Made by a program: the position numbers and the translations under genes
The notes under the pieces: model-generated
Told to the model about the DNA's origin: nothing
The model's input: the letters and a program-made list of their open reading frames with translations, nothing else
Database searches by the model: none
Assembly (NCBI GenBank): GCA_043820925.1
Contig: JBDRDL010000002.1
Span: 1-38,232, forward strand
Direction of reading: 5' to 3'
From: Methanobacteriota archaeon
GTDB lineage: Archaea; Hydrothermarchaeota; Hydrothermarchaeia; Hydrothermarchaeales; JACRDW01
DNA: 38,232 nt
Shown: in pieces, positions 18,207 through 29,220 of the stretch
Layout of the letters: every line of letters starts with the position of its first letter
Position numbering within the stretch: the stretch's first letter is position 1

Positions 18207-18662
18207 ATGTTTAAACTTGAGGTAAAGGAAGACATCTGCACAGGATGCGGAAACTGCGTAGTTGCATGCCCGATAAATGCTCTCAAAGCAGCTGAAGTAT
18301 CGGGCGGCAAAGGAGGCGGTAAGGAGCTGAAAATCGAAGACGGAATATCCCACGTAATCTCTGACGCCTGCAATGGATGCGGTGTCTGCATTAAGTCGTG
18401 CGCTCAAAAAGCGATACTGCTCCATGCTCCAGAGCACTCTCCAGCATCAAGGGAGCTGATGATAAGCGAGATAAACAAGAAAGGAGAAGAGGCAGCTGTG
18501 GTGGAAGATGCTGTGGAAGAGGTAATGTTCGAAATCGACCCGAAGCGCAGGGCATTTCTGGAAAGCGTTTTAAGCTCGATGAAGAATATAAGAGTAAGGT
18601 ATCTGATAGAGACTGGAAAGGCAGAGGATGCGAGAAAAACAATACTGGAAAAATTAAAATGA
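18207..18662 (+). CDS. 2x[4Fe-4S] ferredoxin-domain protein (FwdG-like N-terminus)
   Basis: CTGCGNCVVACPIN...GGKG...CNGCGVCIKSC. Confidence 0.8.
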   Translation: MFKLEVKEDICTGCGNCVVACPINALKAAEVSGGKGGGKELKIEDGISHVISDACNGCGVCIKSCAQKAILLHAPEHSPASRELMISEINKKGEEAAVVEDAVEEVMFEIDPKRRAFLESVLSSMKNIRVRYLIETGKAEDARKTILEKLK

Positions 18663-19129
18663 TTTCGCCAATTGAAATTCACAAGCACCTGCCGAATGAG
18701 AACTGCGGCGAGTGCGGTACAGCTACCTGCATGGGTTTTGCTGTAAGGCTGCTGAACAGAAAGGCGAATCTGAGCGACTGTCCGTACCTGAAGCAGGCTA
18801 AGTATATTCAGGCAGGCATTATACTGAAAGAAATGCTCGCACCAATCCTGGAAGCCGAGGCAACCAAACTGGTAATCCGTGAGAATCTGTGCAACGGCTG
18901 CGGAAACTGCGTAATCGTCTGCCCGCCGAACGTTTCGAGAAGTATTGAAGCGACTGGGGGAAAAGGACCCAGCACAAACGACGTGGTACTGAAGATGAGA
19001 AATGGCGTTGTGGTCGAGATGAATCTCAGCTTTTGCAGGAGGTTCGAGGAAGCTTCTGGAGAAGTAAAAGCCGAGCCGTGCAGGCTGTGCATCGACGCCT
19101 GTCCGTTCAAGGCGATTGAATTCCTGTAA
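18659..19129 (+). CDS. Fe-S-binding domain + FwdG-like ferredoxin protein
   Basis: LPNENCGECGTATCMGFA...CPYL, CNGCGNCVIVCP, GGKGP; ATG overlaps the previous stop. Confidence 0.8.
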   Translation: MISPIEIHKHLPNENCGECGTATCMGFAVRLLNRKANLSDCPYLKQAKYIQAGIILKEMLAPILEAEATKLVIRENLCNGCGNCVIVCPPNVSRSIEATGGKGPSTNDVVLKMRNGVVVEMNLSFCRRFEEASGEVKAEPCRLCIDACPFKAIEFL

Positions 19130-19134
19130 TATCT

Positions 19135-19294
19135 GGTCTCGACACGACAAGAAGTAAAGGGTCTCGGCAGAGGAGTAAGGAGCAACAGCGAAGCTGGCTT
19201 GCCGAAGGCAATTGCGACGAAACGACGAATGCTCTTCCGTGAGGAAGATGGTATATATGCCAGCTTCCTATCGGAATTGAGAGGTGGATTGAAA
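19135..19294. repeat. Composite hairpin element E3 (two A motifs, two GAA-triloop hairpins, B copy 2 at 19235-19276, terminal GTGGATTGAAA)
   Basis: GGTCTCGACACG, GGGTCTCGGCA, CAGC-GAA-GCTG, TTGCC-GAA-GGCAA, TTCCGTGAGGAAGATGGT-ATATAT-GCCAGCTTCCTATCGGAA. Confidence 0.8.
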
Positions 19295-19579
19295 ATGAGT
19301 TTGGAAGAAAAAGTAATCGAAAAACTGAAGGGAATAATAGACCCGCACACTGCGGTGAGCGTCTATGACATGGGTTTGATTTCTGCGCTGAAGGTAGTGG
19401 ACAACAATGTAAGCTTAACCTTTACCCCTTCTTCGCCTTTCTGTCCCCTCGGAATTCAGCTTGCGATGGCGATAAAGAAAGGGCTGAAGGACATAGAGGA
19501 AATTAAAGAAGTTAAGATAAACGTAAAAGGTCACGTCCAGGAAAAAGAGCTGAACCGGATGCTGGAGAAGCAAGAGTGA
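19295..19579 (+). CDS. DUF59/FeS_assembly_P (SufT-like) protein
   Basis: IIDPHT...DMGLI...TPSSPFCP; ATG after GAGGTG RBS. Confidence 0.88.
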   Translation: MSLEEKVIEKLKGIIDPHTAVSVYDMGLISALKVVDNNVSLTFTPSSPFCPLGIQLAMAIKKGLKDIEEIKEVKINVKGHVQEKELNRMLEKQE

Positions 19580-19583
19580 GAAT

Positions 19584-20774
19584 ATGATATACATGGATCA
19601 CGCCGCAACCACGCCAGTTGACGAGAGAGTTGTAGAGGCAATGCTGCCCTATTTCACAGAGAAGTACGGAAATCCCTCCTCGCTGTACAGTTTGGCGCAA
19701 GAAGCAAGAAAAGTAATGGAAGACGCCAGGGCGAAGATCGCAGGTTTAATTAATGCAAAGCCAGAGGAAATAATATTCACCTCCGGCGGCACAGAAAGCG
19801 ATAACCTCGCATTAAAAGGTGTTGCATTTGCAAGCAAAAAGAAGCACATAATTACTTCCGCAATCGAGCACCACGCAGTGCTAAAAACCTGCGAATGGCT
19901 CGAGAAACACGGCCTCAAAGTTACATATTTGCCAGTTGATAAGTACGGGTTGGTTGATTTGGAAAACTTGAAAAAAACTATTACAAAAGATACCGCCCTC
20001 ATCTCTATAATGCATGCAAACAACGAGATAGGCACGATAGAGCCGGTCGAAGAGATTGGTAAAATTGCAGAAGAGCACGGAATTTATTTCCATACCGATG
20101 CTGTGCAGAGCGTGGGCAAAATTCCCGTAGACGTGGAAAAAATGAATATAGATTTGCTTTCCATTTCCTCGCACAAGATTTATGGACCTAAAGGAGTAGG
20201 AGCGCTTTACATAAGGAGAGGAACGAGGATAGAAGCTCTACAGCACGGCGGAGGACATGAGAGAAGGCTGCGCTCCGGTACAGAGAACGTTTCAGGAATC
20301 ATTGGCTTTGGAAGAGCTGCAGAAATTGCTGGGCAGGAAATGCGAGGCGAGGCTGAGAGGCTGAGCAGGCTGAGGGACAGGCTGATCGAAGGAGCGCTTA
20401 AAATCGAAAATTCCTGGCTCAACGGGCACCCGACGAAAAGATTGCCGAACAATGCGCATTTCTGCTTCAAATTCATTGAGGGTGAGTCGCTGATACTGGA
20501 GCTGGACTTCAATGGAATTGCAGCAGGCACAGGAAGCGCCTGCTCTTCCAGAAGCCTTGAGCCCAGCCATGTTTTGACTGCAATTGGTCTGAGACCGGAA
20601 GAGACCCACGGCTCTCTGAGGCTGACTCTGGGCAGGAGCAATACTGATAGGGATGTGGAGCAAGTGCTCGCAGTTCTTCCGAAAATCGTAGAGAGGCTGA
20701 GAGCAATCTCGCCCTTCAAAACAGATTTCAGGGAATATGAGAGTGCGTTGCTCAAGGAGCACGAGAAGGAATAA
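19584..20774 (+). CDS. iscS: Cysteine desulfurase IscS/NifS
   Basis: DHAATTP, GNPSS, TSGGTE, SSHKIYGPKG, RSGTEN, GSACSS. Confidence 0.95.
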   Translation: MIYMDHAATTPVDERVVEAMLPYFTEKYGNPSSLYSLAQEARKVMEDARAKIAGLINAKPEEIIFTSGGTESDNLALKGVAFASKKKHIITSAIEHHAVLKTCEWLEKHGLKVTYLPVDKYGLVDLENLKKTITKDTALISIMHANNEIGTIEPVEEIGKIAEEHGIYFHTDAVQSVGKIPVDVEKMNIDLLSISSHKIYGPKGVGALYIRRGTRIEALQHGGGHERRLRSGTENVSGIIGFGRAAEIAGQEMRGEAERLSRLRDRLIEGALKIENSWLNGHPTKRLPNNAHFCFKFIEGESLILELDFNGIAAGTGSACSSRSLEPSHVLTAIGLRPEETHGSLRLTLGRSNTDRDVEQVLAVLPKIVERLRAISPFKTDFREYESALLKEHEKE

Positions 20775-20778
20775 CCAT

Positions 20779-21030
20779 GGGTCAAGACACGATTCTCAAT
20801 TCCGACAGGAAGCTGGTATGCACGCCATCTTCCTTGCGGAAGAGCACTTCACAGCCAAGCTTTTCATATGAGACTAACCGAATGCCTGCTCGTGCCGACA
20901 CCCTGACAAGCGTGCCGAGACCCATTGTCGCACTTGCGACAGCAAGTGGTATAGCGGGTCAAGACGCGAGGAGCCATTCGATTAGGCTTGTGAGAAAAGC
21001 TTGGCGACGAGTGGATTGAGGTGGATTGAA
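20779..21030 (+). repeat. Composite nested hairpin element E1 containing B copy 3 (20800-20841, inverted)
   Basis: Shares its first 20 nt and a 36-nt core with 27647-27827; GCCAAGCTTTTC/GAAAAGCTTGGC stem. Confidence 0.9.
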
Positions 21031-21399
21031 ATGTACAGCGATAAATTGATAGAGCATTTCAGAAACCCGAGGAATATGGGAAGGATGGAAAATCCAGACG
21101 GCATTGGCAAGGCAGGAAATCCGGTCTGCGGCGACGTTATGTACCTGTATATAAAAGTGAAGGACAACAAAATCGACGATATAAAATTCGAGACCTTCGG
21201 CTGTGCAGCAGCGATAGGTACGAGCAGCATGATTACCGAGATGGCGAGGGGAAAAACTCTTGAGGAAGCAATTAAGATTTCAAAACATGACGTGGAGGGT
21301 GAGCTGGGCGGGTTACCTCCGATAAAGAGGCACTGCTCAAATCTAGCCGCAGATACTCTGAGAAAGGCTATTGAAGATTACCTTTCGAAGAAAAAGTGA
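21031..21399 (+). CDS. iscU: Fe-S scaffold IscU/NifU
   Basis: MYSDKLIEHFRNPRN, GNPVCGD, FGCAAAI, LPPIKRHCS. Confidence 0.95.
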   Translation: MYSDKLIEHFRNPRNMGRMENPDGIGKAGNPVCGDVMYLYIKVKDNKIDDIKFETFGCAAAIGTSSMITEMARGKTLEEAIKISKHDVEGELGGLPPIKRHCSNLAADTLRKAIEDYLSKKK

Positions 21400-21416
21400 A
21401 TGAAATAAAGATGTGT

Positions 21417-23331
<1,915 letters not shown>

Positions 23332-23335
<4 letters not shown>

Positions 23336-23826
23336 TGCTGCGCCTTCAAGATTTCTTCGGTGCTGAGTCCTTCTTTTTTGAGCCTCAGAAAATCTTTGAT
23401 TTCTCTGACGAAACTGTTTCCAAGCTCCTCGATGTTTGCCTCGAACTTATCTCCAATTTTAGAGCCTTTTCCAAAGCCCGGGCATTCCTTGAATACCTTC
23501 ACTTTGAGCACGATTTCATCTGCATAGATTATTCCGTCGAACTTGAAAGGATACATCCGGCAGAAAATCGGCTTTACTCCCTTTTTGTGCAGCCTGCAGG
23601 AATAATCTTCGTTTAGAAAGATGCATCTGCTGCCGGTGCTCTTGAGTCTGAACAAGCCCTTGTCGTCCCTTAGCTCTGCAAATTCTTTCGGCTTAAGTTT
23701 GGCTGCCTGGGAAATTCTCTTGATATCTGCTGCGGTTACCTCTCTTCCTCCTGTGCAGCAGGAAGCCCCGCACTCCCTGAATACGCATTTCCATCTCGCC
23801 TCTGGCTCGCTGTAAATAAGCACCAT
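23332..23826 (-). CDS. YkgJ-family cysteine-cluster (CxxCxxCC) protein
   Basis: C...CGASCC, CIFL...C, KPIFCRMYPF, CPGFG. Confidence 0.85.
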
Positions 23827-23827
23827 G

Positions 23828-24100
23828 CTATCCTCCGGATACTGCCGGTAAAATTGAGATAACGTCGCTCTTTCCAATCTTCGTTGCGAGCCCTTTTCCC
23901 ATCCTTACGTCCTCGTTGTTGACGTAAATGTTTACGAATCTCTTTATCTCTCCATTCTCCAGAATTCTGTCCGCAAATCCAGGGCTCTTCGCATTTATGT
24001 TATCAATAACTTCCTGCAGCGTTGTTCCTTCTGCAGTTATCTCTGGTTTGCCCTCGCTGAACTTTCTCAAAGGCGTTGCCAATCTCACTACCGCCATCAT
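23828..24100 (-). CDS. MoaD/ThiS/SAMP ubiquitin-like sulfur carrier
   Basis: FVNIYVNNEDVR, C-terminal PAVSGG. Confidence 0.93.
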   Translation of the reverse strand: MMAVVRLATPLRKFSEGKPEITAEGTTLQEVIDNINAKSPGFADRILENGEIKRFVNIYVNNEDVRMGKGLATKIGKSDVISILPAVSGG

Positions 24101-25344
24101 CCTACCTCCCTAACTAATATTTTCTGCTTTACAGCCAATGCCTGCTCGAACTCCTTCAGATCTGGCTTAATTTTTATCGGTGTTGCAACGTGACCGAGAA
24201 GCACTTCCTGTGTTTTTAATCCGTTGCCAGTTATATATATTACAGTTTTCTCATCTTTATCTATTTCGCCGCTTTCCACAAGTTTCTTGAGAGTTCCTAC
24301 TACTACTCCGCCCGCAGTCTCTGTGAAAATCCCCTCGGTCTTTGCGAGCAGCTTTATTCCTTGGATTATCTCCCAGTCAGATACGCTGCCTGCTGTTCCT
24401 TTCGATTCTTTTAAAACTCTAAGTGCATAATAACCGTCTGCGGGGTTGCCAATTGCGAGGCTTTTTTCTATTGTCTTTGGCTTGACGGGTTTTATCTCGC
24501 TCCCTGAACGAAAAGCTGTAACGATTGGAGAGCAGCCTGTAGCTTGTGAAGCAGTGATTCTTGTGTTTACCTCGTCCACAAAACCCAGCTCCAGGAACTC
24601 GTTGTAGCCCTTCCAGATTTTTGTTAAGAGCGAGCCCGAGCCTGCAGGTACAATCGCCCTATCCGGCGCTTCCCAGCCGAGCTGCTCTATCACTTCATAG
24701 CCCAGCGTCTTTGAGCCTTCCGAGTAGTAAGGTCGCAGGTTTATGTTTACGAATGCCCAGTTGTAGTAGCCAGCTATCTCTGTGCAAAGTCGATTGACAT
24801 CGTCATAGTTTCCTTCCACGCTTATCAAATTCGGCTCGTATGCAAGCGTCTGGGTTATCTTGGCAACGTTTAAATCAGCAGGCACGAATATGTAGCAGTT
24901 TAGATTTCCTTTCGCTGCATGCGCTGCGACGCTGCTTGCGAGATTGCCAGTCGAGGAGCAGGCTAGGGTATCAAAGCCAAACTCTAAAGCCTGCGAGACA
25001 GAAACAGCTACAACCCTGTCCTTGAACGAGAAAGTTGGATTTACAGAGTCGTTCTTGACGTAAAGCTCTTTTAGCCCGAGCTTTTCTGCTAAATTGTCTG
25101 CCTTGTGCAGCGGCGTAAAACCTGCGTTCAAGTCTACTATTTTTTTCCCTGCCGGTAAAAGGTCTTTATAACGCCAAATTGACTTTGGTCCTTTTTCTAT
25201 TTTTTCCCTGCTGACCTCTTCTTTTATCTTCTCGAAGTCGTACTCTACCTCCAATGGCCCAAAGCACTCATCGCATATGCTTATCGGCTTTATTGGATAT
25301 TTCTCACCGCAATTTCTGCATTTAAGTGCAACAACGTAACTCAT
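24097..25344 (-). CDS. Threonine-synthase-like PLP enzyme
   Basis: N-terminal CxxC...CxxC, NPTFSFKDR (PLP Lys), STGNLA, EGSKT, GNGLKT. Confidence 0.9.
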   Translation of the reverse strand: MSYVVALKCRNCGEKYPIKPISICDECFGPLEVEYDFEKIKEEVSREKIEKGPKSIWRYKDLLPAGKKIVDLNAGFTPLHKADNLAEKLGLKELYVKNDSVNPTFSFKDRVVAVSVSQALEFGFDTLACSSTGNLASSVAAHAAKGNLNCYIFVPADLNVAKITQTLAYEPNLISVEGNYDDVNRLCTEIAGYYNWAFVNINLRPYYSEGSKTLGYEVIEQLGWEAPDRAIVPAGSGSLLTKIWKGYNEFLELGFVDEVNTRITASQATGCSPIVTAFRSGSEIKPVKPKTIEKSLAIGNPADGYYALRVLKESKGTAGSVSDWEIIQGIKLLAKTEGIFTETAGGVVVGTLKKLVESGEIDKDEKTVIYITGNGLKTQEVLLGHVATPIKIKPDLKEFEQALAVKQKILVREVG

Positions 25345-25609
25345 ATCTACTACCTTCTGCAATACCGTTAGGTAGGCGCAAGGCAATTCGGTCTTGCTTA
25401 CGCAAGGAATATTATTCTTAATATATATATTTTTTGGTTAACTTTATTACCTTTAGTAATAAAAATTAAATATGCACAAACAATAATATAAACGTTAATT
25501 TTCTATTTTTCAATTAGGTGCAAAATGGCCATGCGACAGCAGCCCTTTTGCCTTGCAAAAGCGCTGGCGGAAAAATTCTGAGGTTTGCACTCGTTCAGAA
25601 TGAGCGAAT

Positions 25610-25681
25610 GCCAGGGTAGTCTAGTGGTCAGGCGGCGGACTGCAGATCCGCTTTACGCAGGTTCAAATCCTGCCCCTGGCT
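25610..25681 (+). tRNA. tRNA-Cys(GCA)
   Basis: GCCAGGG/CCCTGGC acceptor stem, GCGGA-CTGCAGA-TCCGC anticodon arm, GTTCAAATC T-loop, U73. Confidence 0.95.
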
Positions 25682-25771
25682 CTATAACCCTTTTCTTAGA
25701 AAGAAAAGGTCTATCACCCCAAAAGAAATTTTTACGTCAACACTTTTACGAAGTAAAAGGGTTGCGCCAGC

Positions 25772-25796
25772 TTCAAATCCTGCCCCTGGCTCTATA
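25772..25796 (+). repeat. Duplicate of the tRNA-Cys 3' end (att-like)
   Basis: ttcaaatcctgcccctggctctata identical to 25662-25686. Confidence 0.9.
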
Positions 25797-25917
25797 GCCC
25801 TTTTTGGAAAAAGTGCTATCACACTACTTCTTAAAAAGAAGTAGCAAGAAACGGTTCTCAAAGGCAAAGCCTTTGAACCAAAAACCCGAAAGCAATGTCA
25901 TAGGTTTTCCGTCAACG

Positions 25918-27630
25918 CTACATTCTCTCCAGAGGTTTAATTCCCAGAAGATTCAGGGCATTCCGCAGGGTAATTTTTGCTGCCTCGACCAGGTTGAGCC
26001 TGAATTCTTTTTTCCCTGATTTAAGTACCGGCTCGAACATGTAGAAGCGGTGAAAGGCGTTTGCCAGCTCCAAGGCGTAGCCTGCCAACGGCGAGGCTTT
26101 TCTGGTACTTGCGCACTCCTCCACCACCACCGGAAATTTTGAAATAATTTTGAGAAGTGATTTTTCATTTTCCCCGAGAGCAGGTACTCTGCCGATATCT
26201 CCAACTTCTGCTTTTTCCAGAATTCTGCACGCTCTTGCATATGCGTACTGAATGAAAGGCGAGCCCTGTCTCTCGAAGTCCAGCGCTTCCTCCCATTTGA
26301 ATACCATTGATTTTTCAGGAGAAACTTTGATGATGTTGTATCTCACAGCACCCACGCCCACGTTCTCCGCAATGCTTTTCTTGAATTCTTCACTTTCTTC
26401 TTTCCGCCTCTTATCTACTTCCACATAAGCCCTCTTCACGCTCTCCTCAGTCAGCTCGTCCAGTGATACAAATACTCCGCGCCTCGTTGACATGCCTCCT
26501 TCAGGCAGGGATATGAACTCGTATATTATAAATTCTGGCTCTTTTTGACCCAGAATTTTTAGCACTGCCTTTAACTGCTCCGCAACGAGTTTGTGGTCAG
26601 CTCCCCAGACATTTATTATGCTGTGCTTGCCCTTCCAGACATGATGGGCGATGTCTCTGGTTGTGTACAAATAGGTTCCATCTTTTCTCGTCAGGACGAG
26701 CTCCTTCTCAACTCCAAAGCTGCTCAGGTCCAGAGATAAAACTTCGCCCTTCCTCGCAAATTTAGTTCTTTTAAGTTCATCGACAATCTTATTGACAGAC
26801 GAATCTCTCACGAAGCTGCTTTCCCAGACAAAAGTATCGTGCTTTATGTTCAGCCTCTCGAGCGTTTCGACCACGCCCTTTATGCAGTATTTTGCTGCCT
26901 CTTCGAATTCTTTTCTAATTTCGCCACCTGCTTCATAGCCTTTAAGCAGCTCCGAGATTTCCTTCTCGCTGTCCGGCTCTTCCGCAAGGAAGATGGTATT
27001 TCTCGCCAGCTTCCTATCGGAATCTGCTTCAAGCATTTTGTTAGCCTGAATGTAGACTTCTGCGATTGCGCTGTCGCTTTTTTTTCTTTTGTCCAGCTTA
27101 AATTTTCGTAGACCCCAGATAACGACTGCGAGCTGCTTGCCCATGTCATTGACATAGAACTGCGTTTCCACTTTGTAGCCTGCGAAGCGCAGGATTCTTG
27201 ATAGCGTATCGCCGATGATTGCATTTCTTCCATGCCCTATGTGTAGCGGACCGTCCGGATTTGCAGAAGTGTGCTCGAGCACAATTTTTCCCCTGTTATT
27301 CCCCTTCCCGTAATCCTCATTCAGCTGCTTCACCTTTTTTATCAAAGGCAAGGCAAGCCTTTCATAATTTAAGTAGAAATTCAAATAGCCGTTAACTGCC
27401 CTGACCTCTTTAATCAAGCTATCTTTTGGAATCTTTATTTGTTTTGCCAGTTCGTCACCAATTTTTTCGGGCGAGTTTTTTAAAACAGGCGCTAGCTCAA
27501 AGCAAATCGCAGTCGCTAGGTCGCCGAATTCTCTCTCAGGTTCTTCAAAAGCAACTTTTTTCTCTATATTTCTTTTTTTCAATACTTTTGTTATCCCTTC
27601 TTCTGCTTGTTTCCTGAATTTATCAAACAT
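25918..27630 (-). CDS. argS: Arginine-tRNA ligase with a ~15-aa repeat-derived insert
   Basis: SANPDGPLHIGHGRN, GMSTRRG, QYAYAR, C-terminal ERM. Confidence 0.97.
   Translation of the reverse strand: MFDKFRKQAEEGITKVLKKRNIEKKVAFEEPEREFGDLATAICFELAPVLKNSPEKIGDELAKQIKIPKDSLIKEVRAVNGYLNFYLNYERLALPLIKKVKQLNEDYGKGNNRGKIVLEHTSANPDGPLHIGHGRNAIIGDTLSRILRFAGYKVETQFYVNDMGKQLAVVIWGLRKFKLDKRKKSDSAIAEVYIQANKMLEADSDRKLARNTIFLAEEPDSEKEISELLKGYEAGGEIRKEFEEAAKYCIKGVVETLERLNIKHDTFVWESSFVRDSSVNKIVDELKRTKFARKGEVLSLDLSSFGVEKELVLTRKDGTYLYTTRDIAHHVWKGKHSIINVWGADHKLVAEQLKAVLKILGQKEPEFIIYEFISLPEGGMSTRRGVFVSLDELTEESVKRAYVEVDKRRKEESEEFKKSIAENVGVGAVRYNIIKVSPEKSMVFKWEEALDFERQGSPFIQYAYARACRILEKAEVGDIGRVPALGENEKSLLKIISKFPVVVEECASTRKASPLAGYALELANAFHRFYMFEPVLKSGKKEFRLNLVEAAKITLRNALNLLGIKPLERM
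26980..27022. repeat. Palindromic element B, copy 4 (in frame in argS)
   Basis: TTCCGCAAGGAAGATGGT-ATTTCTC-GCCAGCTTCCTATCGGAA. Confidence 0.9.
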
Positions 27631-27646
27631 GTACGCACCGTTTTTA

Positions 27647-27827
27647 GGGTCAAGACACGATTCTCAGCACTTCACCAGCAAGCTTTTCTTACAGGCAAGT
27701 ATGAATGCTGGTTCGTGCCGAGACTCCAGCGTTGCACTTGCGACAGCAAGTGGTATAGCGGGTCAAGACACGAGCCAGCATTCGCTTCAGCAAAATGCTT
27801 AGGGCTTGCTGGCGGAGTGGATTGAAA
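27647..27827 (+). repeat. Composite nested hairpin element E2 (lacks B)
   Basis: Homologous to 20779-21030; fills the argS/tRNA-Gly spacer. Confidence 0.9.
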
Positions 27828-27927
27828 TGCAGCCGCCGGGATTTGAACCCGGGTAACGAGCTTTCTCCACCGAAGGTGCGAGTTATATGGAAGGCTAGTG
27901 TCCTAGACCAGACTAGACCACGGCTGC
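27828..27927 (-). tRNA. tRNA-Gly(TCC) with 25-nt intron at 37/38 (27863-27887)
   Basis: GCAGCCG/CGGCTGC acceptor stem, CT-TCC-A, CTTC:GGAG central helix of a bulge-helix-bulge, CCGGG-TTCAAAT-CCCGG. Confidence 0.9.
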
Positions 27928-29163
27928 ATCCTTTTTCAATTTCGAAAGCTCTTTGGATAACATCGGCAGGAATATTCCGACGTCTGTAACTATGCCGAGA
28001 GCATGGGCTGTGCCTCTGTCGCTGAGCTTTGTAACTGTTGCAGGATTTATGTCCACACAGACAGTTTTAACATGAGAGGGCAGCATGTTGCCTACTGCAA
28101 TCGAATGAAGCATCGTGGAAAGCATTAGCACAAGCTCGACATCTTTTAAGTTAGCCCTCATCTCTCTCTGCGCTTTTACTGCGTCCGTAATTACCTCAGG
28201 CAGGGGTCCATCGTCCCGAATCGAGCCTGCTAAAACGAATGGAATGTTCTTCTGAATGCACTCATACATTATTCCTTTTTTTATCTTTCCTCCCTCCACG
28301 AGCTTTCTAATCGAGCCCGCCTTTAGAACTTCGTTTATTGCATAGAGATGGTGCCTGTGACCGCCCTCTGCATATCTCCCGGTTTTTAGATTCAAGCCAA
28401 GAGAAGTGCTATACAACTGGCTTTCGACATCGTGCACTGCCAAAGCATTGCCAGCAAACAGCACGTCCACGAAGCCTTCTCGAATCATCGCTGCGAGCGC
28501 CTCTGAAGCGCCTGTATGCACGACTGCAGGACCTGAAACTGCTAAGACCTTCTTGCCACGAGTTTTTACGTCAGCAATTTCTTTAGCAATCTGTGCTACC
28601 AGAGACTGCGTCGGCTTCTCGCTCGACACGCGGCTGCGCATGAACTCGAAAACGCTGTAGCTGCGAGGACGCTCCGGAGGCTCCACTCGGATGCCTTTTT
28701 TTCCGACTACGACTAAATCACCTGCCTTGATTTCGCTTATGGGCTTGCAGTACGCAGTTTTATTTGTCCTGTCAACGGCGATAGTCTTGTCCATCTCTAT
28801 TCCCTGAACCTCAACCCATTCGCCGTCCAGCAGAACGTAGGTAGGATGGTTCGTGGTGGAGTAAAAATTATCAGGCAGAACTTTATCCGCAGGCGCAGGC
28901 TGCACTTCGAGCTGCTCAACTTCAGGTATCGCTGCACCTGTCTTGTGCAGCTCTCCAAGAATCTGGTCTAAGTGCTTTCTGTTTTTCCCTTTAACGAGAA
29001 TCCTCGCATAGCTCGGGTCTGTCTTGTGCTTTCCTATCTCGAACTGAAGAACTTCGAACTCGCCGCCCAAATCCATTATTGTGTCGAATACCTTTGGCAG
29101 TATAAACGAGTCGATTATGTGTCCCTTCAGCTCTATTTCTTTAACATCCATACGAATCCGCAA
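27913..29163 (-). CDS. TIGR00300 / LOR-SDH-region protein (ArgZ C-terminal-like, probable ornithine cyclodeaminase type)
   Basis: [24 protein letters not shown]...[31 protein letters not shown]. Confidence 0.85.
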   Translation of the reverse strand: MRIRMDVKEIELKGHIIDSFILPKVFDTIMDLGGEFEVLQFEIGKHKTDPSYARILVKGKNRKHLDQILGELHKTGAAIPEVEQLEVQPAPADKVLPDNFYSTTNHPTYVLLDGEWVEVQGIEMDKTIAVDRTNKTAYCKPISEIKAGDLVVVGKKGIRVEPPERPRSYSVFEFMRSRVSSEKPTQSLVAQIAKEIADVKTRGKKVLAVSGPAVVHTGASEALAAMIREGFVDVLFAGNALAVHDVESQLYSTSLGLNLKTGRYAEGGHRHHLYAINEVLKAGSIRKLVEGGKIKKGIMYECIQKNIPFVLAGSIRDDGPLPEVITDAVKAQREMRANLKDVELVLMLSTMLHSIAVGNMLPSHVKTVCVDINPATVTKLSDRGTAHALGIVTDVGIFLPMLSKELSKLKKDAAVV

Positions 29164-29220
29164 AAACGTATATTACCAGAAGGCAATATAATACTTTCTA
29201 AAAGGATATAAGGGAATGGC

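Noticed and set aside
20777..21019. 80-aa ORF across element E1 (also 27607-27825 across E2 and the 19199 extension of DUF59)
   Set aside because: No recognisable domain; they are translations of repeat DNA, and B is read in mixed frames compared with the genic copies
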